A stretch of 64,000 nt of DNA from an uncultured Chloroflexia bacterium (GTDB lineage: Bacteria > Chloroflexota > Limnocylindria > Limnocylindrales > CSP1-4), in assembly GCA_963714675.1 (NCBI GenBank), contig CAVQPG010000001.1, forward strand, positions 44,598 through 108,597. Reading direction: 5' to 3'. The notes beneath the pieces were generated by a model. The model did no database searches and had not been told where the DNA came from. It saw nothing but the letters and a program-made list of their open reading frames with translations. The position numbers and the translations under genes were made by a program. Positions 10,193 to 21,391 of the stretch are shown here, piece by piece; the stretch's first letter is position 1, and every line of letters begins with the position of its first letter.

Positions 10193-11290
10193 CTACTCGC
10201 CGCCTGGAGTGACCTCGACCTCGCCCTTGACGAAGTCGGCGCCGAAGAGATCGACCTCGTCGCCGAGCAGCGCCCACGCGGCCTCGGTCAGGTCGGTGCG
10301 CACCGCGTCATCGCCGGGGGGCTCGCTGATGAGACCTGCGTCGAGCATGATCTGCACGGTCGTGTCGTAGGTATCCTGCGGCACGGCACCGATACCATCG
10401 GGGGACGGCCAGATGAGCGGGTTGATCTCGTTCATCATCCAGCGCTGGTGGCCCATGCCCAACGTCGAGCCGGCGTCGACCGTGAACTGCACGCAGTCCT
10501 CGGGGTTGTCGCGGCAGAACGCCCAGCCCTTGTAGGCCCCGGCCAGGAACTTGGTAGCGATCTCCTCGTTGCCGTCCTCGGCGAGCCAGCTGGCGCGCGC
10601 GTGGATGGCGTCCTGGAGCATGGCTGTGCCCACCTCGTTGTAGTCGATGACCACGAGATCCTCGGGCTGGTACAGCTCGCCCGTGTCGGGGTTCACCGTC
10701 TCGAGCACCTGGGCGTACTCGTTGTAGGTCATGGCCTCAGCCGCATCGACCTCGCGGTTGAGCAGCAGCGACATATCGAACGGCTGGATGACCCGCTCGA
10801 AGTCCTGACCCGGCTCCAGGCCGGCCGCTCGTGCGGCTGCGGTCACCTCGAACTCGTTGCCGAAGTCCCACACGCCGATCTTCTTGCCGGCGAACTCCTC
10901 GGGCGAGTTGACGGGCGCGTCAGCCCACGACACCGAGAGCGTGCCCGAACGCTGGAAGGTCTGGCCGATGTTGACCAGGTCCGAGCCCTGGTCGCGGACG
11001 GCCAGCACCCGCGGCACCCACGAGACCGCGAACTCGGGACCGGTCGGCAGCGAGCCCTCGACCTGCGGTGCGACGTCAGGACCGCCATCGACGATGGTCA
11101 CGTCGAGGCCCTGCTCCTCCCAATAACCGAGCGCGTCGGCGGCGAAGTAGCCGGCGAACTGCGCCTGTGGCACCCACTGGAGGACGACGCTCACCGGCGT
11201 CAAGTCCTGCGCGGCTGCAGTACCGATCGAAGATGCGACGAGGAGACCGGCTGCTCCCATGGAGATACCGACGTTCCGTGTCCTGCTCAT
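10193..11290 (-). CDS. ABC transporter substrate-binding protein (NMT1/ThiY-like, NitT/TauT family)
   Basis: Signal peptide (GISMGAAGLLVASSIGTAAAQ) followed by VLQWVPQAQFAGYFAA...; RBS GGTGG. Confidence 0.8.
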   Translation of the reverse strand: MSRTRNVGISMGAAGLLVASSIGTAAAQDLTPVSVVLQWVPQAQFAGYFAADALGYWEEQGLDVTIVDGGPDVAPQVEGSLPTGPEFAVSWVPRVLAVRDQGSDLVNIGQTFQRSGTLSVSWADAPVNSPEEFAGKKIGVWDFGNEFEVTAAARAAGLEPGQDFERVIQPFDMSLLLNREVDAAEAMTYNEYAQVLETVNPDTGELYQPEDLVVIDYNEVGTAMLQDAIHARASWLAEDGNEEIATKFLAGAYKGWAFCRDNPEDCVQFTVDAGSTLGMGHQRWMMNEINPLIWPSPDGIGAVPQDTYDTTVQIMLDAGLISEPPGDDAVRTDLTEAAWALLGDEVDLFGADFVKGEVEVTPGGE

Positions 11291-11474
11291 TCACCCACCT
11301 CTGTTGCGGACTGACCCCTGACCCGACATCCGGGCCAGGATGGTGCCCTCCTCTATTGGACGCGCGAACCATAGCGCAGAAAGGCGCAGTAATCGAGTGG
11401 GAGAATGGCGGCGGTCGGGTTGCGCCGGCCGGTCGCACGGTTGCGGTCTCGTGCCCTCAGCGCGTGAGAGACGT

Positions 11475-12289
11475 CTATTCGGGCGTGTCGTGGATGTGCC
11501 AGTACCAGGGGATGACCGCACGCTCGATGAGCGTGACCGCGACGTAGGCGAGGATGGCCACGGTCGCGCCGATGATGATCGCCGCCCAGGCCACGTCGAA
11601 CTTGCCGCCACTGATGGCCTGCAGCACGACCCGACCGAGCACGTTCGAGGTACCCCCGAAGAACTCGCCCACGATGGCGCCGATGAAGGCGAGCGTGGTG
11701 CCGACCTTCAGGGCCGTGAAGAAGAAGGGCAGCATGTGGGGCACGCGCAGCTTGCGCAGGACCGTCGTGTCATCAGCGGCATACGAACGCATCAGCTCGA
11801 GCTTGGCGGGGCCGACCTCGACGAGGCCGCGGGTGACGTTGATGACGATGGGGAAGAACACCAGCAAGGCCGCCATCGACATCTTCGAGAGCGGGTTGAG
11901 CACGCCGAACCAGTTGTTGAGGATGGGTGCGACCGCGATGATGGGGATGGTCGAGGCGCCGATCGCCAGCGGCAGCAGGACATCGCGGGCGATGGCCCAG
12001 CGAGAGGTCAGGAAGCCCACGGTGAGGCCCGCGACGGTGCCGATGACCAGCCCACCAAGGGCTTCGATGACGGTGGCCAGGGCCGAGGACGAGAGCAGAT
12101 CCCACTCCCGGAAGAGCGCGCTCCAGATAGCGGTCGGCGTGGGGATGGGATTGAAGAAGCCGCCCCCGCTGGCCCAGGCCTCCCAGGCGATGATGACCGC
12201 GACGAAGACGATGATCGGCGGCGCCCAGTGGCGCAGGCCGCTGCTCAGCGCGGATGGCACCGGGGAGCGAGCGCGGCTGGTGGACGCCG

Positions 12290-12293
<4 letters not shown>
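11475..12293 (-). CDS. ABC transporter permease (NitT/TauT family)
   Basis: Six-TM BPD-transport permease; its end overlaps the start of the ATPase gene. Confidence 0.85.
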
Positions 12294-13123
<830 letters not shown>

Positions 13124-13128
13124 GGACG

Positions 13129-14292
13129 TCACGCTCCCTTGGCCGACGCGGAGCCGGACTGACCACCCGGCGAGCGCGCGCCGCGCTGACGGGTGCTGAC
13201 GACCTCCGCGATGCGGACCATCACGAAGAAGAGGATGCCGGTGAGGGCGGCGATGAGGATGGTGGCCCACAGCTTCTCGGGGCCGGAGATGTACTGCTGG
13301 TTGAAGTTGATGATGGCGCGGCCGAGCCCATCCTTCACGCCGCCCGGGCCCTCGCCGATGATGGCGCCGACGATGGCCGCCGCAGCCGCCACCTTGAGGG
13401 CCGTGAAGAAGTAGGGCAGCGAGGCTGGCAGGCGCACCTTGCGGTAGATGTCCCACTTGCTCGCCGCGAACGAGCGCATCAGTTCGAGCGAGCGCGGGTC
13501 GGGCGATCGCAAGCCACGAGCCTGGGCCACGGTCACCGGGAAGAAGGTGAGGTAGACCGCGATGATGATGACCGAGGTGGCGCCACGGCCCGCAGCGGCT
13601 GCGATGATGGGCGCGAGAGCCACGATGGGGATGGCCTGGCTGGCGATGACGTAGGGCATGAAAGCTCGCTCGGTCAGTCGCGAGTGCACGAAGATCGAGG
13701 CCAGCGCGACGCCGACGAAGGCGCCGATGGCGAAGCCGAGGACGGCATTGCGCCAGGTGGAGAAGGCAGCGCCGACGAGGTAGATGAGCAGCGAGTCATC
13801 CTGGTTGCGCTGCACCGGCTGGGACAGTGCGTAGAAGATGTCCCACACGTGCGGCAACTGCAGGTCGCTGGCCTGGATGAGGTGGAACGGCGGCTGGTGG
13901 AAGTAGTCCCGTCCGGTGCCGAGCACGTTGTCGAACCGCCACGGATCACCGAAGAGCCACTTGAACAGTTCCCAGACCACGAAGACGAGGGCGAAGAAGA
14001 TGATGAGGGCAAGGGCGGTTCGCGTCAGCCGGCCCAGCGGTGAGGTCCAGCGGCCGACGATGGCCTCGGCGCCGGAGCTGGAGCCCTTGGCGATCTCGTC
14101 GGCCGTGCCCTCGAAGTCGAGGGTCTCCTCGATGGCCTCGGCGTTCGAAAGGTCATCGCGCTCCGTACTCCACGAAGCGGACGCATTCGGCCCCAGGGCG
14201 CGATAGGGCATCGGCTTGCGCCGCTCTTCGGTCGCGGTGGGGTCTTCGGGCGAGCCGGCTGGCTTGCTCCGATCCTTGCCCTCGTCGCTCAT
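13129..14292 (-). CDS. ABC transporter permease with ~90-aa hydrophilic N-terminal extension
   Basis: BPD-transport permease core downstream of an acidic N-terminal region. Confidence 0.8.
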   Translation of the reverse strand: MSDEGKDRSKPAGSPEDPTATEERRKPMPYRALGPNASASWSTERDDLSNAEAIEETLDFEGTADEIAKGSSSGAEAIVGRWTSPLGRLTRTALALIIFFALVFVVWELFKWLFGDPWRFDNVLGTGRDYFHQPPFHLIQASDLQLPHVWDIFYALSQPVQRNQDDSLLIYLVGAAFSTWRNAVLGFAIGAFVGVALASIFVHSRLTERAFMPYVIASQAIPIVALAPIIAAAAGRGATSVIIIAVYLTFFPVTVAQARGLRSPDPRSLELMRSFAASKWDIYRKVRLPASLPYFFTALKVAAAAAIVGAIIGEGPGGVKDGLGRAIINFNQQYISGPEKLWATILIAALTGILFFVMVRIAEVVSTRQRGARSPGGQSGSASAKGA

Positions 14293-14325
14293 GCCATGCT
14301 CGTGTGCGAGCCCCCGCGTCGCACG

Positions 14326-15660
14326 CTAGGCGCGCACGGCCTTGTCGGCCAGCTCGAGGGCGCCGTCGATGATGTCGAAGCCTTCGGCCATCTCTTCCTC
14401 GCTGATGGTCAGCGGCGGGTTGGTGTGGATCATGCCGAAGCGCAGGAAGGTGAAGAGCCCATGCTCCTTGAAGTAGGCGCCGATAGCCTTCATCTCGTCG
14501 CTGGTGCCGTTGTACGGCGCCATCGGCTCGTAGGGGTCGTGGCTGCGCACCAGCTCGATGATCCCGAACATGCCCTTGTTGCGCGTGCGCCCCACGCTGG
14601 GGTGCGACGCTGCGAGCCGACGATGGTGCTCGGCCATGACCTCGCCCATGCGCCTGGCCCGGGCGATGAGGTCGTCCTGCTCGTAGACGTCGATGACCGC
14701 GAGGGCCGTGGCACAGGCCAGCGCGTGGCTGTTGTAGGTCAAGCCACCGATGAAGGGCTTGGTGGCCCAGGTGTCGGCGATCTCGCGGCTCATGCCCACG
14801 GCACCGAGCTGCACGTACGAGGAGGTCAGGCCCTTGGCGATGGACATGAGGTCGGGCACGACGCCCCAGTTGTCCACGGCGAACCACTCGCCGGTGCGGC
14901 CGAAGCCGCTCATGACCTCGTCGGCGATGAGCAGGATGCCGTGCTGGGTGCAGATGTCTCGCACGCCCTGCATGTAACCGTCGGGCGGGATGAGGATGCC
15001 GTTGGTGCCGACGATGGGCTCCATGATGAAGGCCGCGATGTTGGCCGGGCCCTCGTACATGATCACGTCTTCGAGCTCGCGCAGTGCGACATCGATGGGC
15101 TCCGGATCGGGCTTCCCCCACTTGTGGAAGTCGGGTGCGCGGACGATCCCGGAGATGCCGATCTCGGCGCCCCAGCGGCGCGGGTCGCCGGTGGCCACCA
15201 TGGTGGCGCCGGAGGCACCGTGGTACGAGCGGTAGCGGGCGAGGACCTTCTGCCGTCCGGTGTAGTGGCGGGCGATCTTGATGGCGTTCTCGTTGGCCTC
15301 GGCACCGCCGTTGGTGAAGAACCAGACCTCGAGGTCGCCGGGCGTGATCTCGGCCAGCTTCTGCCCCAGCCGAGCGCGCGGCTCGGTAGCGGTATAGGGG
15401 TGGACGTAGCAGACCTTCTGTGCCTGGGCCGCGATGGCGTCGATGACGCGCTGGTCACCGTGGCCGATGTTCACCGACATCAGCTGGCTGTTGAAGTCGA
15501 GGATGCGGTCGCCGTCGGGCGTGTACATGTAGACGCCCTTGGCGTATTCGACGGGCATGGGCACGACCGCGTCCTGGGCCACCCAGTCGAACATCGTGTG
15601 CTTCTTCGAGAGCGCCGACATCTCCTCGGCACTCATGAACTCGCGGCTCTCCTCGACCAT
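14326..15660 (-). CDS. class III (aspartate aminotransferase family) pyridoxal-phosphate aminotransferase
   Basis: 444 aa with the AT-III fold (ILDFNSQLMSVNIGHG...GGAEANE...); first gene of the transporter operon. Confidence 0.9.
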   Translation of the reverse strand: MVEESREFMSAEEMSALSKKHTMFDWVAQDAVVPMPVEYAKGVYMYTPDGDRILDFNSQLMSVNIGHGDQRVIDAIAAQAQKVCYVHPYTATEPRARLGQKLAEITPGDLEVWFFTNGGAEANENAIKIARHYTGRQKVLARYRSYHGASGATMVATGDPRRWGAEIGISGIVRAPDFHKWGKPDPEPIDVALRELEDVIMYEGPANIAAFIMEPIVGTNGILIPPDGYMQGVRDICTQHGILLIADEVMSGFGRTGEWFAVDNWGVVPDLMSIAKGLTSSYVQLGAVGMSREIADTWATKPFIGGLTYNSHALACATALAVIDVYEQDDLIARARRMGEVMAEHHRRLAASHPSVGRTRNKGMFGIIELVRSHDPYEPMAPYNGTSDEMKAIGAYFKEHGLFTFLRFGMIHTNPPLTISEEEMAEGFDIIDGALELADKAVRA

Positions 15661-15870
15661 GCCTCACCTCGGTTCCACCGCGCGCGACCTCGGGAGCGGA
15701 TCTGGATCCCCGCGAGTGTCGCTGCGCCGGTTCGTGCGCGGACTATGCCACGGGCAGGGGCTCACGTGGGTGCGGGGACGACCGATCAGGCCAACCTGTC
15801 CTCGATCGCGCCTGAGGTGTAACCGCGTGGCATCCACCGTGCGACCGACCGATCCGGAGAACGCTTGGCG

Positions 15871-16053
15871 CTATCGCCGGTCGCTGCCCGAGGCCAAGAT
15901 CTCCGCTCGCAGCCAGTCTGGCGGCTGCACTCGCGAGACCTCCAGTGTCGGGCCACCGACGGGCGTCCGAAGCGCACCCGTGTCGGGCGCTGCGGTCTGC
16001 TCCTCGTGTTGGCCGGCCGCGAGCGCGAGCATGATCACGACCAGCAGGACCAC
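15871..16053 (-). CDS. small single-TM protein (hypothetical)
   Basis: GTG start; hydrophobic helix VLLVVIMLALAAG then a Pro/Thr-rich tail; the in-frame upstream sequence is also hydrophobic, so the start is uncertain. Confidence 0.3.
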   Translation of the reverse strand: MVLLVVIMLALAAGQHEEQTAAPDTGALRTPVGGPTLEVSRVQPPDWLRAEILASGSDRR

Positions 16054-16252
16054 GCCGACCAGCGCCGCGGCCAGCAGCAGGCGACGACCAGCCGACTCGG
16101 GCTCAGCCTGACCCGGCCACTTCTATGCGCGCAGGCCGCGGCCGCGCTCCTCGTCAGCGAGGCGATGCGGCACGGTCTCCTCGAGCAGGCGCTGCGAGCC
16201 GCGATCGAGCTGGTCCATCAGGCCACCAGCGTGCACCGTTCGCGGCCGCGAC

Positions 16253-16609
16253 TCAAGCGGCGGACGGCCTCTCCGTCTTGACAGGCGACGGCCCCGTGGA
16301 GGGCGGAGCGGACGTCGATGACTCCGCGGTGGCGGGGTCTGTGCTCGGGGATGGCCCTGAGGGATCGTCGGGAGCGGCGCAGTCACCCACGAGGACCAGC
16401 ATGATCGCGACAGAGATCAGGCCCAGGGCGCCAGCCGCGCCGAGCCACGTACGCGGACGCTTCGGTGGACCCCCAGGATCCTGCCGCAGCTCACTCTTGA
16501 CCAGCTCCTCCACGGATCGCTGGCTCAAGCCTCGACCCCACATACCCCTATCGCCTCGAACCACGCTGCGAGTCGACCACATGGTGGGCATCACCCCGTA
16601 TGGCCTCAA
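16253..16609 (-). CDS. small single-TM protein (hypothetical), paralog-like to 15871..16053
   Basis: TM helix LGAAGALGLISVAIMLVLVG followed by a Pro/Ser/Thr-rich tail. Confidence 0.35.
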   Translation of the reverse strand: MRPYGVMPTMWSTRSVVRGDRGMWGRGLSQRSVEELVKSELRQDPGGPPKRPRTWLGAAGALGLISVAIMLVLVGDCAAPDDPSGPSPSTDPATAESSTSAPPSTGPSPVKTERPSAA

Positions 16610-16636
16610 GGGTCCGATGGCCCCAAGCCATGAGGC

Positions 16637-17023
16637 TCAGGCCGATTGCAGGTACCCGTCCTCGAAGAGGACCTCGATGACCGGGGAGCCGGCCGCGAAT
16701 GCCTCGACTTGATTCGGCCGGTTCCAGGCCCTGCAGGCGGTCTCGACGACCGACCGACGCTCGGCTTCCTCGGTGACGATGCGGGCGGTCCCGGGCAGGT
16801 CGGCCACGGGGCCACGCTTGAGGTGGAACGTGAGTCGCGGATCGGCCTTGAGGTTGGCGAGCCAGCCACGGGTGCCAGGCAAGCCGGTGATGTAGACGCG
16901 GCCGTCCACGTTGAAGAAGACGATCTCGATGCGCCGGGGCTGGCCGGAAGAGCGCCCGGTGGTGGTGATGTCGATGATGCCGCCCTGCGCCAGAGCGTGG
17001 GCGACGCGGTCGTGGTCGGTCAT
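16637..17023 (-). CDS. deazaflavin (F420)-dependent nitroreductase family protein (Ddn/DUF385)
   Basis: TTGRSSGQPRRIEIVF and WLANLKADP motifs typical of the Ddn family. Confidence 0.8.
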   Translation of the reverse strand: MTDHDRVAHALAQGGIIDITTTGRSSGQPRRIEIVFFNVDGRVYITGLPGTRGWLANLKADPRLTFHLKRGPVADLPGTARIVTEEAERRSVVETACRAWNRPNQVEAFAAGSPVIEVLFEDGYLQSA

Positions 17024-17122
17024 GGTCTACCTGTGCGAAATGAGAGCGACAGGATACTGGGTGGGAGTATCTCCCGACAAGGACACCCCGTGCCAGGCCG
17101 GTGCCGCTGCTAGCATCCATCG

Positions 17123-17821
17123 ATGCCCACTGACGCCCGTCGAGTGGTCTATCGACCGCCACGTTTCGAGCTCGAAGAGATGGCTGCCCGCGCCACGGCC
17201 TTCCGCGTGGAGATGGACGGCCGGCGCTCGGTTCGTGCCTTCAGCCCCGACCCGGTGCCGCGGCGCCTCATCGAGGAGGCCATCATCACGGCCTCGACCG
17301 CGCCCAGCGGGGCTCACCAGCAACCGTGGACCTTCGTGGCCATCAGCGACCCGGAGATGAAGTGGCGCATCCGCGTCGCGGCCGAGGCCGAGGAGCGCCG
17401 CTCCTACGAGAGCCGCATGTCGGAGGAGTGGCTCGAAGCGCTCGTGCCACTGGGTACCGACTGGCAGAAGCCCTACCTCGAGATCGCGCCCTGGCTGGTG
17501 GTGCTCTTCGAGCAGGTCCACGGCACCTACCCCGACGGCACCCACAAGAAGCACTACTACGCGCGGGAGTCGGTGGGCATCGCGGCCGGGATGTTCATCA
17601 CCGCGGTCCACCACATGGGCCTGGCCACGTTGACGCACACGCCCAGCCCCATGGGCTTCCTCACCACCATCCTCGAGCGGCCGCGCAGTGAACGGCCGTT
17701 CGTGCTCTTCCCGGTCGGCTACCCCGCGGATGACGCGACCGTGCCCGACCTGCAGCGCAAACCGCTCTCGGGGGTGGCGGTCTTCGATCCGCCGCTGGCC
17801 GATCCGGACGAGGACGAGTAG
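17123..17821 (+). CDS. nitroreductase family protein
   Basis: RRSVRAF and the conserved nitroreductase fold. Confidence 0.8.
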   Translation: MPTDARRVVYRPPRFELEEMAARATAFRVEMDGRRSVRAFSPDPVPRRLIEEAIITASTAPSGAHQQPWTFVAISDPEMKWRIRVAAEAEERRSYESRMSEEWLEALVPLGTDWQKPYLEIAPWLVVLFEQVHGTYPDGTHKKHYYARESVGIAAGMFITAVHHMGLATLTHTPSPMGFLTTILERPRSERPFVLFPVGYPADDATVPDLQRKPLSGVAVFDPPLADPDEDE

Positions 17822-17851
17822 CGGGGCCAGCGTTCGGCCCTCGAACAGCGG

Positions 17852-18697
17852 CTACTCGACGGCCGTCTCGTCCTCCAGCTCGCGACCGATCTCCTCGGTG
17901 CGTCGGTAGGCCGCGAAGACGGCCTCGGAGAGGACCGTTCGGAGCCGCCCCTTCTCCATCTCGGCGATGGCGGCGGCCGAGGTGCCGGCGGGCGACGTGA
18001 CCATGTTGCGCAGGTAGGCGGGATGGTCGCCACTTTCCTTGGCCAGGAGCGTGCCCCCCAGCAGCGTCTCGATGACCAGGTCGTGGGCGATGTGGCGCGG
18101 GAAGCCCAGGTGGACGGCCGCGTCGATGAGGGCCTCCATGACCATGAAGACGTAGGCCGGGCCGGTGCCGCTGACGGCCGTCGACATCGAGACGTACTTC
18201 TCGTCTTCGACCTGGATCTCCTTGCCCAGGCTCGAGAGCAGGGCCGCGGCCTGCTCGCGCTGCAGCTCGGTGACCTGCTCCGTGGCGCACCAGACGGTCA
18301 TGCCCTTGCCCAGCTGGGCCGGCGTGTTGGGCATGGCCCGCACGATGGCATCGTGGCGCATGGCGTTGCCGAGGGCCTTTGTCGTACAACCCGCGAGGAT
18401 GGAGATGACCAGCTGGTCCGGGCGCAGTACCGACGAGAGCTCGCGTCCGACTCGGAGCAGCATCTGGGGCTTGATCGCGAGCACGACCACGTGCGCCCCC
18501 GCGATGGCTTCGCTGTTGGAGCCCGTCGTACCGATGCTGTACCTGGCCTCGACCGCTTCGCGGCGCTCGGCGCGCGGATCGCTCGCGACGAGCTGGGCGG
18601 CCGCGACATGCCCACCCGAAAGCAGGCCGGCGATCATGGCTTCCGCCATCGCGCCGGTGCCGACGATCGCGATGGTCGCTTCCTTCAGTGGTGACAC
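17852..18697 (-). CDS. proC: pyrroline-5-carboxylate reductase
   Basis: Rossmann motif IAIVGTGAMAEAM and the P5CR C-terminal dimerisation domain; GTG start chosen to include the GxGxxG motif. Confidence 0.85.
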   Translation of the reverse strand: MSPLKEATIAIVGTGAMAEAMIAGLLSGGHVAAAQLVASDPRAERREAVEARYSIGTTGSNSEAIAGAHVVVLAIKPQMLLRVGRELSSVLRPDQLVISILAGCTTKALGNAMRHDAIVRAMPNTPAQLGKGMTVWCATEQVTELQREQAAALLSSLGKEIQVEDEKYVSMSTAVSGTGPAYVFMVMEALIDAAVHLGFPRHIAHDLVIETLLGGTLLAKESGDHPAYLRNMVTSPAGTSAAAIAEMEKGRLRTVLSEAVFAAYRRTEEIGRELEDETAVE

Positions 18698-18723
18698 GCT
18701 CGCGAGTATAGGCGGCGCGGCCC

Positions 18724-19647
18724 TCAGGACGCGGGTGCCAGCGCCTCCAGCGTCGCGGTCGGCAGATCCCTGCCGTCCGTGCCCAGCGGGATGACCGCCA
18801 CGTGATCGGCGCCGGCGGCGTGGAACTCGGCGATCCGTGCCCGGACCTGCTCGGCAGAGCCCCAGGCCACCAGCGAGTCGACGAGTCGATCCGAGTAGGG
18901 CGGCTCCCAGTCCGCGGGCCTGAAGCCCTGGGCGGTCAGGCTGCGTTGATAGTTCTCGGCGCGACAGTAGGGCTGCATCCACGTTCGAGCCGCGGCACGA
19001 GCGGGCTCGGCGGCTCCGACGACCGCAGCCAGGGCGGTGGCGATGATGGGTCGAGGTCGATCGACGGAGGCAGCGCCGTCGAGCACCTCACGCATCCAGG
19101 CGATGCGCTCGGCGCTGACGAAGAACGGCAGCGTGCCATCGGTGGCCGTCGCCGCCAGCTCGAGCAGACGGGGGCCGAGGGCAGCGATGAGCACTGGTGG
19201 CTGGGTCGGTGTCCCATCCGGGTCCTCGATGACGGGGCCGCGGTAGGGCATCTGCTCGTAGGCCTCGAGGTACTCACGCATGCGCGTCAGAGGCTTCTCG
19301 TAGGTGTGCCCGCGCAGTTTCTGCACGAGGTGGACATGGGAGACGCCGAGCCCCAATACGAAGCGGCCGCCGGTCAGCTCGTGGAGGGTCATGGCACCCA
19401 TGCGCGAAGCCATCGGGTCGCGCCCGAAGATGTTGACGATGCTGGTGCCGAGCGTCATCGAACCTGAGACATCAGCCACGGCCGCGAGCTGCGCGAAGGG
19501 GTCTCGGCCGGAGCCTTCTCCGACCCAAAGAGCGCCGTAACCGAGCTCGGCAGCACGGGCCACGGCCGGGCGCAGCTGTGCCACCGGGGTGGAACCGACG
19601 AGCCCCCAGATCCCGAGCGGGCCGATGAGCGTTCGTGTGTCAGTCAT
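18724..19647 (-). CDS. LLM-class F420-dependent oxidoreductase (luciferase-like monooxygenase family)
   Basis: 307 aa TIM-barrel LLM family (LGYGALWVGE...GLGVSHVHLV). Confidence 0.85.
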   Translation of the reverse strand: MTDTRTLIGPLGIWGLVGSTPVAQLRPAVARAAELGYGALWVGEGSGRDPFAQLAAVADVSGSMTLGTSIVNIFGRDPMASRMGAMTLHELTGGRFVLGLGVSHVHLVQKLRGHTYEKPLTRMREYLEAYEQMPYRGPVIEDPDGTPTQPPVLIAALGPRLLELAATATDGTLPFFVSAERIAWMREVLDGAASVDRPRPIIATALAAVVGAAEPARAAARTWMQPYCRAENYQRSLTAQGFRPADWEPPYSDRLVDSLVAWGSAEQVRARIAEFHAAGADHVAVIPLGTDGRDLPTATLEALAPAS

Positions 19648-19656
19648 GGCCAGAGT

Positions 19657-20448
19657 CTATTCCGGAGCGACAGCCTCGCCGTAGACGAAGGCGCGGCGGG
19701 TGCCCGCGATCTCCACTGGTCCGAAGCCCTGCGCCACGAGGTGGCCGCCGAGGGCCTCCGCGTCCCAGGCACGCAGTTCACCACCGGGGCCATCGAAGAC
19801 CTCGTTGCCCTGCGCCTCGACGAAGACGAACGAGCCGCCCGGTCGCAGCCAGGAGGTGACCGTGGCCAGGCGCGCATCGAACGTCTCGGGCCGATCCTCG
19901 CGACCGAGCAGGTAGGCCGCGAAGACGACGTCCACGCGCTTGTCCGGACGCGCCAGCGGATCGCGCTCGTGCACGTGAGCCAGGAGGCCGTGGGCCATCA
20001 GCCGCGTGCGCGCCGCATCGAGCGAGGCGCCGTCGCTGTCGTAGACCCACAGCTCGCCCTTCTCCGCAAGCAGGGCCGTCCACCAGCCCATGCCCGCACC
20101 CAGCTCGACCAGCGTGCCACGCAGGCCGAGCCCATCGAGCCAGCGGGTGACCTCTTCGAGCTCCATGGTCCAGGGTCCATCGTGGATCGGGCCGCGAGCG
20201 TAGCGACCCCGGCGCAGGTACCAGTCTTCCCAGTCACCCGGTGGACCGGCGATTCCCGCAGCGTCAGCGGCCGCGGCAGCTGCACGGTCTCGCAGCGCGG
20301 TGCGCAGCCGGCTGCGCAGGAACCCGTTGTCGTCGGCCTTGGCCAGGCAGTCGGGACAGAGAGCGGCCCAGCCCTCAAGGTCGTCATCGAAGCGCGTTTC
20401 CCACGCGCGGCCACACCAGAGGCAGTCGAAACGCCGTCGGAAGGGCAT
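19657..20448 (-). CDS. class I SAM-dependent methyltransferase with N-terminal Cys4 zinc-ribbon
   Basis: CLWCGRAW...CPDC ribbon followed by the SAM motif I VELGAGMGW. Confidence 0.75.
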   Translation of the reverse strand: MPFRRRFDCLWCGRAWETRFDDDLEGWAALCPDCLAKADDNGFLRSRLRTALRDRAAAAAADAAGIAGPPGDWEDWYLRRGRYARGPIHDGPWTMELEEVTRWLDGLGLRGTLVELGAGMGWWTALLAEKGELWVYDSDGASLDAARTRLMAHGLLAHVHERDPLARPDKRVDVVFAAYLLGREDRPETFDARLATVTSWLRPGGSFVFVEAQGNEVFDGPGGELRAWDAEALGGHLVAQGFGPVEIAGTRRAFVYGEAVAPE

Positions 20449-20460
20449 GGCTTCAGTGTC

Positions 20461-21360
20461 TCAGGGCTGGCCAGCTTCCGGATCGACGGCGGATCTCCCA
20501 GCGATGCCGATGGGCGCCAGCGGGCGCCAGGCCTCGACCGGTCCAGCACCGGCGAAGATCTCCGGGTAGCACAGCTCGGCAAGCACCGCGATGCCCTCGA
20601 CCACGCGCGGACCGGGTCGATCGAAAAGGCCCGCACCATCGACCGCGAAGAACTCGCCGTCGCGGACGGCCGACAGCTCGTCGAACCAGGGTGGCAGCGC
20701 CACCGACTCGAGGGCCGCCTCAGCGCCGGCAGCATCCGTATCTCGCAGCGCCAGCACGAGCACCTGTGGATCGACCTCCTGCACCTGCTCCCAAGTCGTG
20801 GGAGAGGCCGCGTCCCCTTCCCTGCCGAGCAGCTCCCAGCCACCGGCACGACGGACCATCTCGGGCACCCAGCGGCCTGCAGCGCACAGCGGATCGAGGC
20901 TCTCGATGACCACCACGCGTCGCGTAGCAGGCCCGAAGCTGATATCGATGGCACCGAGGCGCTCGCGCAGCATCTCGACCAGACCGACGGCCTCGTACTC
21001 CGATTCGGTATAGGCGCCGACCGTGGAGACGCTGTTGAGGATGCCCTCCACGGTGTGGGCGGCGAGCGCCACCAGCGTGGTCTCGCGTGACATGCCAGCG
21101 ACGACATCACTGACCTCGCCGTAGTCCACGACGGGACGGTCCTCCGAACCATCGGTGAGCACCAGATCGGGCTCGAGCTTGGCCAACAGAACGCCATCGA
21201 GCGAGCGTCCGGCGGCATCGGGATGGGCGGCAGTCACGACCGGCACCTCGAGCGCCTCGGCAGGGTAGTCGCAGCGGTGTGTGCGGCCTACGAGCTCGTT
21301 CCCGAGGCCCAGGGCATAGACGATCTCCGTGGCGGATGGCGTGAGGGAGACGATGCGCAT
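20461..21360 (-). CDS. cobalamin/siderophore-type periplasmic-binding-protein-fold protein (BtuF-like), no signal peptide
   Basis: MRIVSLTPSATEIVYALGLGNELVGRTHRCDYP matches the class III SBP N-terminus; no N-terminal hydrophobic leader is seen. Confidence 0.7.
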   Translation of the reverse strand: MRIVSLTPSATEIVYALGLGNELVGRTHRCDYPAEALEVPVVTAAHPDAAGRSLDGVLLAKLEPDLVLTDGSEDRPVVDYGEVSDVVAGMSRETTLVALAAHTVEGILNSVSTVGAYTESEYEAVGLVEMLRERLGAIDISFGPATRRVVVIESLDPLCAAGRWVPEMVRRAGGWELLGREGDAASPTTWEQVQEVDPQVLVLALRDTDAAGAEAALESVALPPWFDELSAVRDGEFFAVDGAGLFDRPGPRVVEGIAVLAELCYPEIFAGAGPVEAWRPLAPIGIAGRSAVDPEAGQP

Positions 21361-21391
21361 GGCGCGGCCATCGTCCCACGCCTCGAGCGAC

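Noticed and set aside
14296-15822. 508-aa plus-strand ORF
   Set aside because: Antisense to the class III aminotransferase gene.
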